Part shown: piece after piece, positions 47,748 through 57,919 of the stretch
How the letters are laid out: every line of letters starts with the position of its first letter
How positions within the stretch are numbered: the stretch's first letter is position 1
DNA from: Flavobacteriales bacterium
GTDB taxonomy: Bacteria > Bacteroidota > Bacteroidia > Flavobacteriales > Flavobacteriaceae
Length of the DNA: 64,000 nt
Reading direction: 5' to 3'
Assembly (NCBI GenBank): GCA_038204955.1
Contig: JBBRCJ010000008.1
Location: 2,187 to 66,186 of the forward strand
Translations under genes and position numbers: made by a program
Notes under the pieces: model-generated
The model's input: the letters and a program-made list of their open reading frames with translations, nothing else
Database searches by the model: none
What the model was told of the DNA's origin: nothing

Positions 47748-47882
47748 ATAGCGCGGATTTACAATCCGTGCCCACAAACAAAGGCAAAAAAGGATATAGT
47801 TTTAATAAGGTTTAAGATTTTTAAAAAAAATAAAGATTATTATTGAAAGTGTTAGCGTGCACGGATTGCAAATCTGCGCTAT
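47748..47882. repeat. 24-bp inverted repeats flanking an 87-bp AT-rich spacer
   Basis: Left arm ATAGCGCGGATTTACAATCCGTGC (47748..47771). The right arm GCACGGATTGCAAATCTGCGCTAT (47859..47882) is its reverse complement at 22 of 24 positions. Confidence 0.8.
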
Positions 47883-48140
47883 CGGGGTTACAATTTATTT
47901 TTTGGATATGTATTTTTTTGAAATTGTCTAATTTATTTTAAAGTCTTTGCAGTTTAAAGTTTGAGTATCGTCGGCTAAGAATTTTTATTTATGCTATTTT
48001 ATTCAGATATAAAATAATAAATCGATCATTTGGTTTCAATTTTTAGTAGATCCGTAATTTTGTATTAGGTAGTTAAGCTGTAAACAAATACCTTAGCCAA
48101 CCTATTTTTAATTAATTAAAAACTCAGAAATTTATTTATT

Positions 48141-49337
48141 ATGGAAAACAAAAACGAAAACAATAAAATTCTTAAAAATAAATATATTCCAACTGCTGAG
48201 TTTTATAGCCAAATAATTGACAGCTTACAAGATTATTCGATTTTTACAATTGACAATGACTTTATAATTAATAGTTGGAGTTCAGGTTCAACCAAAATAT
48301 TTGGTTATGAAACCGAAGAAGTTATTGGGCAATCCTTCGACATCATATTTACTGAAGAGGATTTAAAAAACAACATTCCGAAAAAAGAAATTGAAACATC
48401 ATTAAAAGAAGGCAGAGCAACTGATAACAGATGGCATATTGCAAAAGACAAGAGCTTATTTTATGCATACGGATTGGTTTTTCCATTAACTGGTTTAGAA
48501 GGTGAAATGTTGGGCTATGTTAAAATTTTACGTGACTTAACCTATAGAAAGCAATCGGAAGATGCTATTAAAAATTATGTTAAAGAACTAGAAGAGCTTA
48601 ATACTCATAAAGAAAGCGTTTTAGCTATAGTATCACACGATTTACGAAGCCCGTTATCGGCAATAATTGGAACTACAAAATATTTAAAAGAAAATTTTCA
48701 CAAAATGAAACCTCAAGCGGTTCAAGAAATGCTTGACCTACTCTATAAATCTTCAATTGACGAGCTAGAAATGCTAGATTATCTTGTTGAATGGGCTAGA
48801 ATTAAATATGCGTCAGATGCTTTTTCACCAACAAAAATTAAATTAACCGAGTATATTGATAAAGTATTTGAAAATTTAAACGAAACCGCCGCAATAAAAA
48901 CGATCAACCTGCATCATGAAATTGCTGCCAATACAACAGTATTTGCGGACAGTAAAATGCTAATTTCAATTGTGCAAAATATTATTTCCAATGCAATAAA
49001 ACATACTAACCAAGGAGGAACTATTTCAATTTCGGCAAAAAGCAATGAGGACAAAATTATTGTGGCTGTAAAAGATACAGGAGTTGGAATGTCAAAAGAA
49101 ATAATCGAACAGCTTTTTACACCCCAAATGAAAACCCTTTCAGAAGCAAGAAAAAAAAATAAAGGTGCTGGAATTGGATTATTATTAGTTAAAGGATTTT
49201 TAGAAAAAAATGGCGGTGAAATTTGGGTTGAAAGCACTGAAGGCGAAGGTTCTTCATTTTATTTTACATTACCTATTGAGCAGCCTTTATATAAAATAGG
49301 CAGTTCAGACGAAATTATGTTTGATGAAAGTGCTTAA
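48141..49337 (+). CDS. PAS domain-containing sensor histidine kinase (cytoplasmic, orphan)
   Basis: 398 aa with an N-terminal PAS domain, the H-box SHDLRSPLSAI, an N box (NAIKHT) and G boxes (DTGVGM, GAGIGL). Confidence 0.88.
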   Translation: MENKNENNKILKNKYIPTAEFYSQIIDSLQDYSIFTIDNDFIINSWSSGSTKIFGYETEEVIGQSFDIIFTEEDLKNNIPKKEIETSLKEGRATDNRWHIAKDKSLFYAYGLVFPLTGLEGEMLGYVKILRDLTYRKQSEDAIKNYVKELEELNTHKESVLAIVSHDLRSPLSAIIGTTKYLKENFHKMKPQAVQEMLDLLYKSSIDELEMLDYLVEWARIKYASDAFSPTKIKLTEYIDKVFENLNETAAIKTINLHHEIAANTTVFADSKMLISIVQNIISNAIKHTNQGGTISISAKSNEDKIIVAVKDTGVGMSKEIIEQLFTPQMKTLSEARKKNKGAGIGLLLVKGFLEKNGGEIWVESTEGEGSSFYFTLPIEQPLYKIGSSDEIMFDESA

Positions 49338-49464
49338 AATTTTTACTATATAATTATTTTTCCCCATTTAAATCTTTAACCCTAACATTACTATTACATC
49401 AATTAATAAAGCTATCAAATACCAATTCGTTTTTATTTTATAACTTTATAAAAACAAATAAATT

Positions 49465-51882
49465 ATGAAACCGATTGCTCTTTTATCCGCATTAATTTTT
49501 GTATTAGCAAGCCAAGCCCAAACCATAACTAACCAAAAAATTACGTTACCTAACGGCTGGTCACTTTCGCCAGCAGGTCATTCGTTACCATTGGGCGATT
49601 TACCATTAAATATTGTAGTTTCTCCATCTAAAAAATACATTGCAGTTACCAATAATGGTCAGAGTATACAGAACATTCAACTAATAAATGTAAAAACCGA
49701 AAAAGAAATTGATAAAATAACCATACCTAAATCGTGGCTAGGATTACAATTTAGTAAAAATGAAAAAAATCTTTATGCGTCGGGAGGTTATGACAATTGC
49801 ATTAGAATATACGAAATTAAAAATAATACACTTATAAAGAGTGATTCTATTGCGCTTGGAAAACCTTATCCTATCGAGAATATTTGTCCTACTGGTCTAA
49901 CAATCGATTCCAAGCGTAATAAATTATATTGCGTTACTAAAGAAAATAATGCGCTATATATTTTAGACCTTAAAACAAAATTAGTACTAAAACAAATTTC
50001 CTTAAATGCGGAGGCCTATCAATGTGTGCTATCGCCAGACGGAAACCAACTTTACATTAGCCTTTGGGGAGCCAATCAAGTTGCGGTATTTGACATTCCT
50101 TCCGAAAAAATAATCACCGTAATAAATGTAGGCAGTAATCCTAACGATTTGTGTCTTACCAAAAACGGAAAAACACTTTATGTAAGCAACGGAAACGACA
50201 ACACTGTCTCCGTAATTGACACCAAAAAACTACTTGTAATTGAAACTATTCAAACCAGTCTTTATCCCGATGCACCTACAGGTAGTAACCCAAACGCTAT
50301 TGCATTATCTGATGACGAAAAAACAATATTTGTTGCTAATGCCGATAATAACTGTGTAGTAGTTTTTGATGTTTCAAAAGCTGGCAGTACCAAAACGAAA
50401 GGTTTTATTCCTGTAGGTTGGTACCCAACTGCACTAAAAGTTATTGGTGAAAAATTATATGTTGCCAATGCAAAAGGATTTAGCTCTTTACCTAATCCCG
50501 ATGGACCAAAACCAAAAAATAGTGCCGAAAAAAATGGAGTGAATCAACAAGGTAAAAATGAAAAAGAAATTCAATACATTGGAGGATTGTTTAAAGGAAC
50601 ACTATCAATAATTGATATTCCAAACGAGGCGACCTTAAATCAATATTCTAAAACAGTTTATCAAAATACTCCTTACACTAAAGAGCGAGAAATGTTAACG
50701 ATAGGCGAAGAAGGAAATCCAATTCCGCAAAAAGTAGGAGATAGTTCACCAATTAAATACGTTTTTTATGTAGTTAAAGAAAACCGAACCTATGACCAAG
50801 TATTGGGTGATATTAAAGAGGGAAATGGCGATGCATCACTTTGTTTATTTCCTGAAAAAGTTACTCCAAATCAACATGCTTTGGTTAAAAATTTCGTGCT
50901 ATTAGACAATTTTTATGTTGATGCAGAAGTTAGTGCCGATGGTCACAATTGGTCAATGGCTGCTTATGCCAACGATTATGTCGAAAAAACTTGGCCTACA
51001 AGTTATGGCAGTCGCGGTGGAAAATACGAATATGAAGGTACTAGAAAAATTGCCTTTCCTAAAGATGGTTTTATTTGGGATCATTGCAAGCGTGCTGGTA
51101 TTACCTATCGCACTTATGGCGAATTTGCCGATGATGGAAAAGCTAATATCCCTGCATTAGAGAAACATTATTGTAAAAATTATTCTGGTTATAATTTAGA
51201 TGTGACTGACAATACTAGATTAGAAGCTTTTAAAAAAGATTTAGATTCATTAATCGCAATTAATGCCGTGCCAAAATTTAATTCAATGCGATTTAGTAAT
51301 GATCATACCTATGGTGCAAGAATAGGTAAAATGACTCCAACAGCTATGATTGCAGAGAATGATTTGGCAGTTGGAAAATTTATTGAATATTTATCTAAAA
51401 GTAAAATTTGGAACGAAACGGCTATTTTTATTTTAGAAGATGATGCTCAAAACGGTTCCGATCATATTGATGCCCACCGTTCAACAGCCTATGTTGTGAG
51501 TCCGTTTACCAAAAGAAAAGCTGTGATTCACGATATGTATAGCACATCATCAATGTTACGAACTATTGAACTAATTTTAGGTTTAAAACCAATGAGCCAA
51601 TACGATGCAGCGGCGCCATCAATGTGGAATTGTTTTACTAAAACACCAGATTTTACTATTTTTGAGCATAAAGACGCACAGGTTGATATTACAGAAAAAA
51701 ATACTGTTTTTAACAATTCTGCAAAACAATCAGCTAAATTAAATTTAGCCGAAGCCGATGCTGCCCCAGATTTAGAGTTCAATCGGATAATCTGGAAAAC
51801 AGTTCGAGGAGAAAATACTGAAATGCCAGCGCCACGACACAGTGCTTTTTTAAGTCTTACTAAAAGCGAAGATAAAGATTGA
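49465..51882 (+). CDS. secreted beta-propeller (YncE/YVTN-repeat) protein fused to a phosphoesterase (PLC/acid phosphatase family) domain
   Basis: 805 aa with a signal peptide, repeated ...LY(V/A)(S/A)N...N.V.V(I/F)D motifs, then a C-terminal ENRTYDQVLGD...DDAQNGSDHIDAHR phosphoesterase pattern. Confidence 0.8.
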   Translation: MKPIALLSALIFVLASQAQTITNQKITLPNGWSLSPAGHSLPLGDLPLNIVVSPSKKYIAVTNNGQSIQNIQLINVKTEKEIDKITIPKSWLGLQFSKNEKNLYASGGYDNCIRIYEIKNNTLIKSDSIALGKPYPIENICPTGLTIDSKRNKLYCVTKENNALYILDLKTKLVLKQISLNAEAYQCVLSPDGNQLYISLWGANQVAVFDIPSEKIITVINVGSNPNDLCLTKNGKTLYVSNGNDNTVSVIDTKKLLVIETIQTSLYPDAPTGSNPNAIALSDDEKTIFVANADNNCVVVFDVSKAGSTKTKGFIPVGWYPTALKVIGEKLYVANAKGFSSLPNPDGPKPKNSAEKNGVNQQGKNEKEIQYIGGLFKGTLSIIDIPNEATLNQYSKTVYQNTPYTKEREMLTIGEEGNPIPQKVGDSSPIKYVFYVVKENRTYDQVLGDIKEGNGDASLCLFPEKVTPNQHALVKNFVLLDNFYVDAEVSADGHNWSMAAYANDYVEKTWPTSYGSRGGKYEYEGTRKIAFPKDGFIWDHCKRAGITYRTYGEFADDGKANIPALEKHYCKNYSGYNLDVTDNTRLEAFKKDLDSLIAINAVPKFNSMRFSNDHTYGARIGKMTPTAMIAENDLAVGKFIEYLSKSKIWNETAIFILEDDAQNGSDHIDAHRSTAYVVSPFTKRKAVIHDMYSTSSMLRTIELILGLKPMSQYDAAAPSMWNCFTKTPDFTIFEHKDAQVDITEKNTVFNNSAKQSAKLNLAEADAAPDLEFNRIIWKTVRGENTEMPAPRHSAFLSLTKSEDKD

Positions 51883-52072
51883 TTAAAATTATTTCATAAT
51901 TATTAAAATAATTAATTATTTGCCTGAAATTTTAAAAGTACTCCACTCGATCAAAGAATGATTGCTTAATAAATTTACATAATTATTTAAATTGATCTTA
52001 ATCAAATATTGTAAATAATTACAAGACGTTTTGTCATTTGATATTTTCTTTTTTTGTACTTTTAAATAAAAA

Positions 52073-53509
52073 ATGCGAATTTTACTTACAGGAGCCAACG
52101 GCTATGTTGGTCGCAGGTTGTTACCCGAGTTATTAAGTCAAGGCCACAAAGTAACTTGTTGCGTTCGTGACAAAAATCGATTGGGGTTGGACAAAACCAC
52201 TTTGGATGCTGTTTCAGTTTGGGAAGTTGATTTTTTAGACGAACCATCGTTTGAAAATTTACCTAAAAATATTGATGTTGCTTACTATTTAATCCATTCA
52301 ATGACCAGTTCTACCACTGATTTTGACACTATGGAAGCCAAATCGGCAGTACATTTTAATATTTTAATGAATCACATTGGTATTAAACAAGTTGTCTACT
52401 TAAGCGGTATAATCAACGAAGCCAATTTATCAAAACATTTACAATCACGCAGCGACGTTGAAGATATATTGTATAAAGGAAACTTTAATACAACAGTTTT
52501 ACGTGCCGGAATCATCGTTGGCTCTGGCAGTTCGTCATTTGAAATTATTCGTGATTTGGTCGAAAAACTACCTGTAATGATTACCCCAAAATGGGTTTTA
52601 ACACGTTGTCAACCTGTTGCTATTCGCGATGTAATTCAGTATTTAATAGGTGTTTTATTGCGTGAGGAATGCTTTAATCAATCGTTTGATATTGGTGGAC
52701 CAAATATTATTACTTATAAAGAAATGATGCTTTTATACGCTAAAACTCGTGGCATCAAGCTTTGGATTTATACATTACCGGTTTTTTCGCCAAGAATATC
52801 TTCGTACTGGTTGTATTTTGTAACTTCTACCTCATATAAATTGGCACTGAATTTAGTAGATAGTATGAAAATGGAAGTGGTTTGTAAAGACAATCGATTG
52901 CAGCGTATGCTAGCAATTAAACCGATAACTTATGTTGAAGCCATAAAGCTAGCCTTTAAAAAAATTGAGCAAAATTTAGTGATTTCAAGCTGGAAAGACA
53001 GCCGAGCTAGTGGACGCTTTAAATACAATTTATCAGAATTTATACAAGTTCCTACTTTTGGATGCATGAAAGACCACAAGACTCGAAAATTAACTTCCGA
53101 TCAAAATGTGGAGATTTCGTTAAATAAAATTTGGAGCATTGGTGGCGAAATGGGTTGGTATTATGGTGATTGGATGTGGAGAATGCGAGGTTTTATTGAT
53201 AAACTTTTTGGTGGTGTTGGTATTCGACGAGGGAGAACTCACCCAACCCATTTAGATAATGGCGACGCCTTAGATTTTTGGCGGGTTTTGCTTGCTAGTA
53301 GAGATGAAAAAAGATTGTTATTATTTGCAGAAATGCGAGTTCCTGGTGAAGCTTGGCTAGAATTTAGAATTGATGAAGAAAACGTTTTACATCAAATTGC
53401 TACCTTTCGACCAATTGGATTGTTTGGTCGCTTGTATTGGATAAGTATGTTGCCTTTTCATTTTTTTATTTTTAACGGAATGATTAATCATATTGTAAGT
53501 GAAAAATAA
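52073..53509 (+). CDS. NAD(P)-binding SDR-like protein fused to a DUF2867-like C-terminal domain
   Basis: 478 aa with an ILLTGANGYVGRRL Rossmann motif. The C-terminal half resembles DUF2867. Confidence 0.75.
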   Translation: MRILLTGANGYVGRRLLPELLSQGHKVTCCVRDKNRLGLDKTTLDAVSVWEVDFLDEPSFENLPKNIDVAYYLIHSMTSSTTDFDTMEAKSAVHFNILMNHIGIKQVVYLSGIINEANLSKHLQSRSDVEDILYKGNFNTTVLRAGIIVGSGSSSFEIIRDLVEKLPVMITPKWVLTRCQPVAIRDVIQYLIGVLLREECFNQSFDIGGPNIITYKEMMLLYAKTRGIKLWIYTLPVFSPRISSYWLYFVTSTSYKLALNLVDSMKMEVVCKDNRLQRMLAIKPITYVEAIKLAFKKIEQNLVISSWKDSRASGRFKYNLSEFIQVPTFGCMKDHKTRKLTSDQNVEISLNKIWSIGGEMGWYYGDWMWRMRGFIDKLFGGVGIRRGRTHPTHLDNGDALDFWRVLLASRDEKRLLLFAEMRVPGEAWLEFRIDEENVLHQIATFRPIGLFGRLYWISMLPFHFFIFNGMINHIVSEK

Positions 53510-53512
53510 ATT

Positions 53513-56185
53513 TTAAAGCTTGTAACTAATGGAGAGTAATAGTACTCTTGGTAAAATGTAAGTTGTATTTTGATTAATTAAATAATCCGAAAAAGAATAA
53601 TTATTTTTAATTTTAGTGTCTAATATATTGTTTCCTGATAGCTCAAACTCAAACGGGCTGTCTTTTTTTTGATATCGTAACGAAACATTTGCAATATCAA
53701 AATAATTAGTTTGATTAAAATTATTGGTATTTTTTAAATTTTGGTATTCTAATTTTAAAATGAAATATTTTTTAAAAGTAGTTTCAAAATCGGCATTAAT
53801 TTCGTCCGATTGAAAATTGGTATTTGTAATTCCTTTAAACTGACTTAATCCTTTACGGTATTCTACGTTTACATCTGCCCATTTTTTATAGGATGTTTTA
53901 ACTGAAATTCCTAAATCTTGCGTATTCCGTTCGTTTACTGTATTTATTGTATTTAGGGTTTGCGTATAGTTCAACCAATTCAAGTTTGCATTAAATTTTG
54001 CAATAAAACGGTATATCTTTTTACTTATAGACGAATTAAACCTCCAATTAGTTTCGGGGTTTGGGTTTAAAACGGAAGTAGTAAATTGATTAATTCCTTG
54101 AATGTTAATTTCGTTTCGCAGTTTATTTATTTTTTTACTAAAATTTAAATTGGCATCATAAATTAAACCCCTAAAAAAACTACTTTTTCTGTATCGTAAA
54201 CTTGCGGAGTGAAAGGTTTGATTTTCTAAAAGGGCATTGCCTTTAAAAACTAAATTATAATTTTGTAACGTGAACCGATTGGCATATTGACCAATTTCTG
54301 GAAATTCATTGGTCAACTTATAATTAAAATTCAATGTTTCAGCCTTGCTAAACTCTAATTCGCTCAACCATTCGGGCTGAAATAAAACTTTACTAACCGT
54401 ATTAATTTCGTTAAATTGATTGGTTTTTAAATTGTAATTGTGAATTGAAAAAGTAAGCTTGTTGGTCCAGATTCCAATTTTAAATTTATATTCTAAATTT
54501 ATATAACTATCGTTTAATTTATAAGAGATGTCATTTCCAAAACCCGCAGTAGTAAAATCATTTACATTTCCGTTGCTTAAAACTTGCTTTTCGGAAGTTA
54601 ATAAACTAGAAGTGCCAAAATTATTTCCTATAGAAGTGTAAACAAGATTAAAATCGTTTACAATATAATAATGCTTTAACAAAACATCAACCGATGAATT
54701 GGTTATTTTTTTTGCTTGATTTAAATTGTAATTCGAATCGGTTTGTAACGGTATTAAACCAGATAAAAAAAGTTGATTGCTGTTCCATGTTTTGTTCGGC
54801 GTATTTTTTTCAAATGCTTGGTTGATTACAAATGTTGCCGTATTTTTTTTACCAAAACTTTTATGCCATTCTACATATTGTTTTACAGAAGCGTTATCGG
54901 CTTTGTTCAACGTTTCAAAAACGCTCGAATTCAATGTAGAAACCGAATTTAAAGTAGTTTTTAAATCGTTATTACTGGCTTGATATTGTGCGTTGTAAAA
55001 CCATTTCTCCAATTTATTGGGTGAATAATCTAGTTTTAAGTTGGCAATTCCTAGTGTGTTTTGATTATTCCCTTTTATAGATTGCTTTTCAAAATTTGAT
55101 AAATTATTTTGCAAATAAGTAATACTGTTTTCAACTTGAGTTGCGGTTATCGTTTTCGAAAAAATACCGTAACCGCTAATGTTTACTTTATTTGAAACAT
55201 CATTACTAAAATTTAAGGCTGCAAAATTTGACTTATTACTAACAATATCGGTATTATCATCGGTTAAAGCATATAAATTGGTAAACGATTTTCTGCCCGA
55301 TAAAAAACTACTTACACCTCCATCAAACCGAATTAAATCGTCAAAAGTAAAAGTACTTTTACCAACATTATTTAAATCGCCAATAAAACTAATACTCGTT
55401 TTGGGACTGTAATAAAACAAACCTGTGTGTGCCAAGTAAAACCCATTGTTGCCATTTCCTGCTTCCACGCCCGAGGTTACATCGCCAAAAACAAACTTCT
55501 TTTTATTGGCTTTTAACTTTACATTCATTGCCAAATCATCGCTGTCCGACACTTTTTTCATAAAGTTGACTTCGTTAAAATGGTCAATAACTTCAATTTT
55601 ATCCAAGGCATCGGCAGGAATGTTTTCAACCGCCAATTTAGACCCGCCACCAAAAAACGATTTTCCTTCGACCAACATTTTGGTTACTTTTTTTCCTTGA
55701 ACAAAAACATTGCCTTTTTTATCAACTTCAACACCGGGCAGTTTTAAAAGGGCATCTTTCATTTTACGCTCGTTGCCGTTTACAAAGCTTTTTAAATCGA
55801 AAGTTAAGGTGTCTTTTTTAACTTCAATGGGTTTAAAGTCATTTTTAATAATGATTTCTTTTAAATTTTCGCCCGTAGCTTTTAATTTAAAATTGTGTAA
55901 CACTATGTCGTTGTTGGGTTCAACTTGTAAAACTTCATCCTTAAACCCAATGTACGACGCTGTAATTTCGTACTCAACATTGTTTTCAAGGTCAAGTTTA
56001 AAACGTCCTTTTTTATCGGTAATACTAAATTTAAGTTGGGCAGTTGGGTTATTTTTGGGTAATGCAATTAAATTGGCCGACTCTAAAGGAGCGTTAAGAG
56101 AATCGGAGACTACACCCGTAATGGTTTTGCTTTGAGAGAATGAAAGTAAAGGGAAAAGTAAAAACAGAAAAATAATTCGGTTCAT
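53513..56185 (-). CDS. outer-membrane beta-barrel protein with an N-terminal CarboxypepD_reg domain (TonB-dependent-receptor-like)
   Basis: 890 aa with a signal peptide, ITGVVSDSLNAPLESANLIAL, a plug-like segment and a long beta-barrel ending ...LLLSISYKL. Confidence 0.8.
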   Translation of the reverse strand: MNRIIFLFLLFPLLSFSQSKTITGVVSDSLNAPLESANLIALPKNNPTAQLKFSITDKKGRFKLDLENNVEYEITASYIGFKDEVLQVEPNNDIVLHNFKLKATGENLKEIIIKNDFKPIEVKKDTLTFDLKSFVNGNERKMKDALLKLPGVEVDKKGNVFVQGKKVTKMLVEGKSFFGGGSKLAVENIPADALDKIEVIDHFNEVNFMKKVSDSDDLAMNVKLKANKKKFVFGDVTSGVEAGNGNNGFYLAHTGLFYYSPKTSISFIGDLNNVGKSTFTFDDLIRFDGGVSSFLSGRKSFTNLYALTDDNTDIVSNKSNFAALNFSNDVSNKVNISGYGIFSKTITATQVENSITYLQNNLSNFEKQSIKGNNQNTLGIANLKLDYSPNKLEKWFYNAQYQASNNDLKTTLNSVSTLNSSVFETLNKADNASVKQYVEWHKSFGKKNTATFVINQAFEKNTPNKTWNSNQLFLSGLIPLQTDSNYNLNQAKKITNSSVDVLLKHYYIVNDFNLVYTSIGNNFGTSSLLTSEKQVLSNGNVNDFTTAGFGNDISYKLNDSYINLEYKFKIGIWTNKLTFSIHNYNLKTNQFNEINTVSKVLFQPEWLSELEFSKAETLNFNYKLTNEFPEIGQYANRFTLQNYNLVFKGNALLENQTFHSASLRYRKSSFFRGLIYDANLNFSKKINKLRNEINIQGINQFTTSVLNPNPETNWRFNSSISKKIYRFIAKFNANLNWLNYTQTLNTINTVNERNTQDLGISVKTSYKKWADVNVEYRKGLSQFKGITNTNFQSDEINADFETTFKKYFILKLEYQNLKNTNNFNQTNYFDIANVSLRYQKKDSPFEFELSGNNILDTKIKNNYSFSDYLINQNTTYILPRVLLLSISYKL

Positions 56186-56339
56186 TTTAAATTTCTGTTT
56201 TTATTTAATGTATTAAATAGTTGACTGTTAGAAAATTTTAATATTTCAAATTTAAAAAATTTACTCAATTTCATCTTAAATAAAATATTTTATATTGACT
56301 TTAATTAAAATATTATTGAGTAAAATAGTTGTAATAAAT

Positions 56340-57080
56340 TTATTTTAACCCAAACATTGAAACCCTGTCAGCTACCTTTTTATCATATTCCTCTACCGTA
56401 AGATGAGGTATTTTATCAATTTTAGAAAAATCAATTGGCTCAGTAGCATCATAATTAATAGATTTAATTAAAAAAGTAAACTTGTTATCTTGTAATTCTA
56501 AAATTAGTCCGGGTAAACCACCGTATCCTTTAGGTCCAAATTTAGATGCGATTTTTGGGCAATACCAAGCAGTTATAGTATAATTTGGTTTGTTATCATT
56601 CAATGAAAGTAATGCTCTCCAAGGTACTTCACACGTGGCTTTAAAACATTTGTAGCCATCAATAATTTTATATTCGTTTAACAAAGTCCAATTTTTAGCA
56701 AATGATGAGGTAATAATTATATTTTCTCCACTAAAATTTGTTTGCCTAAAAGTTGTACTTTGATTACAATACAAAATATCTTTTTCAGCAGAACTTATTG
56801 CAATTTGATTTAATTTAAATTCGGGAGTGCTTTTTGTGATAAGCGAAAATAAACTGTTGTTGTTGTTTACCAATAATTGGTATTCTAATATTTTTAAAGT
56901 TTTGTCTGCATCTTTAAACAATGAAAGTATTGTTGTACGAAGCTCTTTTGTGTCATCTTCTAAAAAACTAATATCTTCAATAGTACCTTTTGTTGCAACA
57001 ACAGTGTACTTTGCAGTGTACTGTTGTTGCGAAAACAAAAGGTTTGAAAATAAAAGAATTACAATTATTTTATTTTTCAT
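56340..57080 (-). CDS. GLPGLI family protein
   Basis: 246 aa with a signal peptide and the diagnostic GYGGLPGLILE motif. Confidence 0.85.
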   Translation of the reverse strand: MKNKIIVILLFSNLLFSQQQYTAKYTVVATKGTIEDISFLEDDTKELRTTILSLFKDADKTLKILEYQLLVNNNNSLFSLITKSTPEFKLNQIAISSAEKDILYCNQSTTFRQTNFSGENIIITSSFAKNWTLLNEYKIIDGYKCFKATCEVPWRALLSLNDNKPNYTITAWYCPKIASKFGPKGYGGLPGLILELQDNKFTFLIKSINYDATEPIDFSKIDKIPHLTVEEYDKKVADRVSMFGLK

Positions 57081-57090
57081 GCGTGTTATT

Positions 57091-57324
57091 TTAGTTGCTC
57101 ATGCAAGCCCAGTAACCAGATTCGGCTATTCCAAATGCAGTGTCGCTAGAATAACCAGAATTAACAAGCGCTTTATAAACATTTTTAGCTCCAGATAAAC
57201 AATCTTGCTTAAAATAAAATATTTTAGAAATTTTCGATTTCTTCACTTTAACTTCTCTTGTTTTCGCCATTGAAACTGATGAAAATGCAACAATCATCAA
57301 AGCACTTAATACTAATTTTTTCAT
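57091..57324 (-). CDS. small secreted two-cysteine protein, unknown function
   Basis: 77 aa with a signal peptide (...SVSMA) and a ~57-aa mature part containing C..C. It lies 10 nt upstream of the GLPGLI gene. Confidence 0.5.
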   Translation of the reverse strand: MKKLVLSALMIVAFSSVSMAKTREVKVKKSKISKIFYFKQDCLSGAKNVYKALVNSGYSSDTAFGIAESGYWACMSN

Positions 57325-57462
57325 AAATGTATTATTTATTTTTTATTTGCAAACTATTTTGCGGTACAAAATTGAAAAAAAGTATATTTGTAACCAATTC
57401 ACTATTTAATAATCGCTATTCAATAGTGAATAATAGTTTCAAAATCATTTAACTAAAAAGGT

Positions 57463-57840
57463 ATGACAATAGGTTTTAAAATAAAAAAACTGCGCGAAGA
57501 CAAAAAACTTTCGCAACCCAAATTGGCTAATTTGCTTCATATTTCGCAAGCCAAATTATCAAATATCGAAAACGGTAAAACCGAAAGTATCGATTTTATT
57601 TTAATGGACAACGTATGTAAAGTATTTGATAAAGATTTTGAATTTTTTACTGAAAATACCACTCAAATCAATAGAGTAAAACACAATAATAATGGTGCAG
57701 TTGTGAACAACCACGGCACCATAAACCTGTTCCCCGAAAACATTATTGATGAAATTAAAAAGTTAATTGAGCAAAATAAACAGCAAGAAACCTTAATTGT
57801 AGCATTGACCGTTGAAAATGAAAAATTAAAAAAGAGTTAA
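57463..57840 (+). CDS. XRE-family helix-turn-helix transcriptional regulator
   Basis: 125 aa with IKKLREDKKLSQPKLANLLHISQAKLSNIENGK (HTH_3). Confidence 0.85.
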   Translation: MTIGFKIKKLREDKKLSQPKLANLLHISQAKLSNIENGKTESIDFILMDNVCKVFDKDFEFFTENTTQINRVKHNNNGAVVNNHGTINLFPENIIDEIKKLIEQNKQQETLIVALTVENEKLKKS

Positions 57841-57919
57841 CAAAAGTATTAGTATTGATTTTAACTAAAATTAGTTTTATTAAAGGAAATACTCTTGTAA
57901 ATCTCAATTGCAAGTACTA

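Noticed and set aside
47720-47790. tRNA or tRNA fragment (possible att site), because GCGGATT-TAC-AATCCGT looks like an anticodon arm.
   Set aside because: No D arm, T arm (GTTCGAATC-like) or acceptor pairing could be built on either strand. It is better described as one arm of the 24-bp inverted repeat.
55710-56135. 141-aa + strand ORF inside the 890-aa outer-membrane gene. Many similar antisense or overlapping ORFs also appear in the track (for example 1624-1929, 5065-5391, 6653-6976, 22969-23295, 37093-38739, 47279-47659, 48914-49237).
   Set aside because: All lie wholly within longer ORFs that have clear family signatures. They have low-complexity, Leu/Ser/Phe-rich compositions typical of shadow frames in AT-rich DNA.
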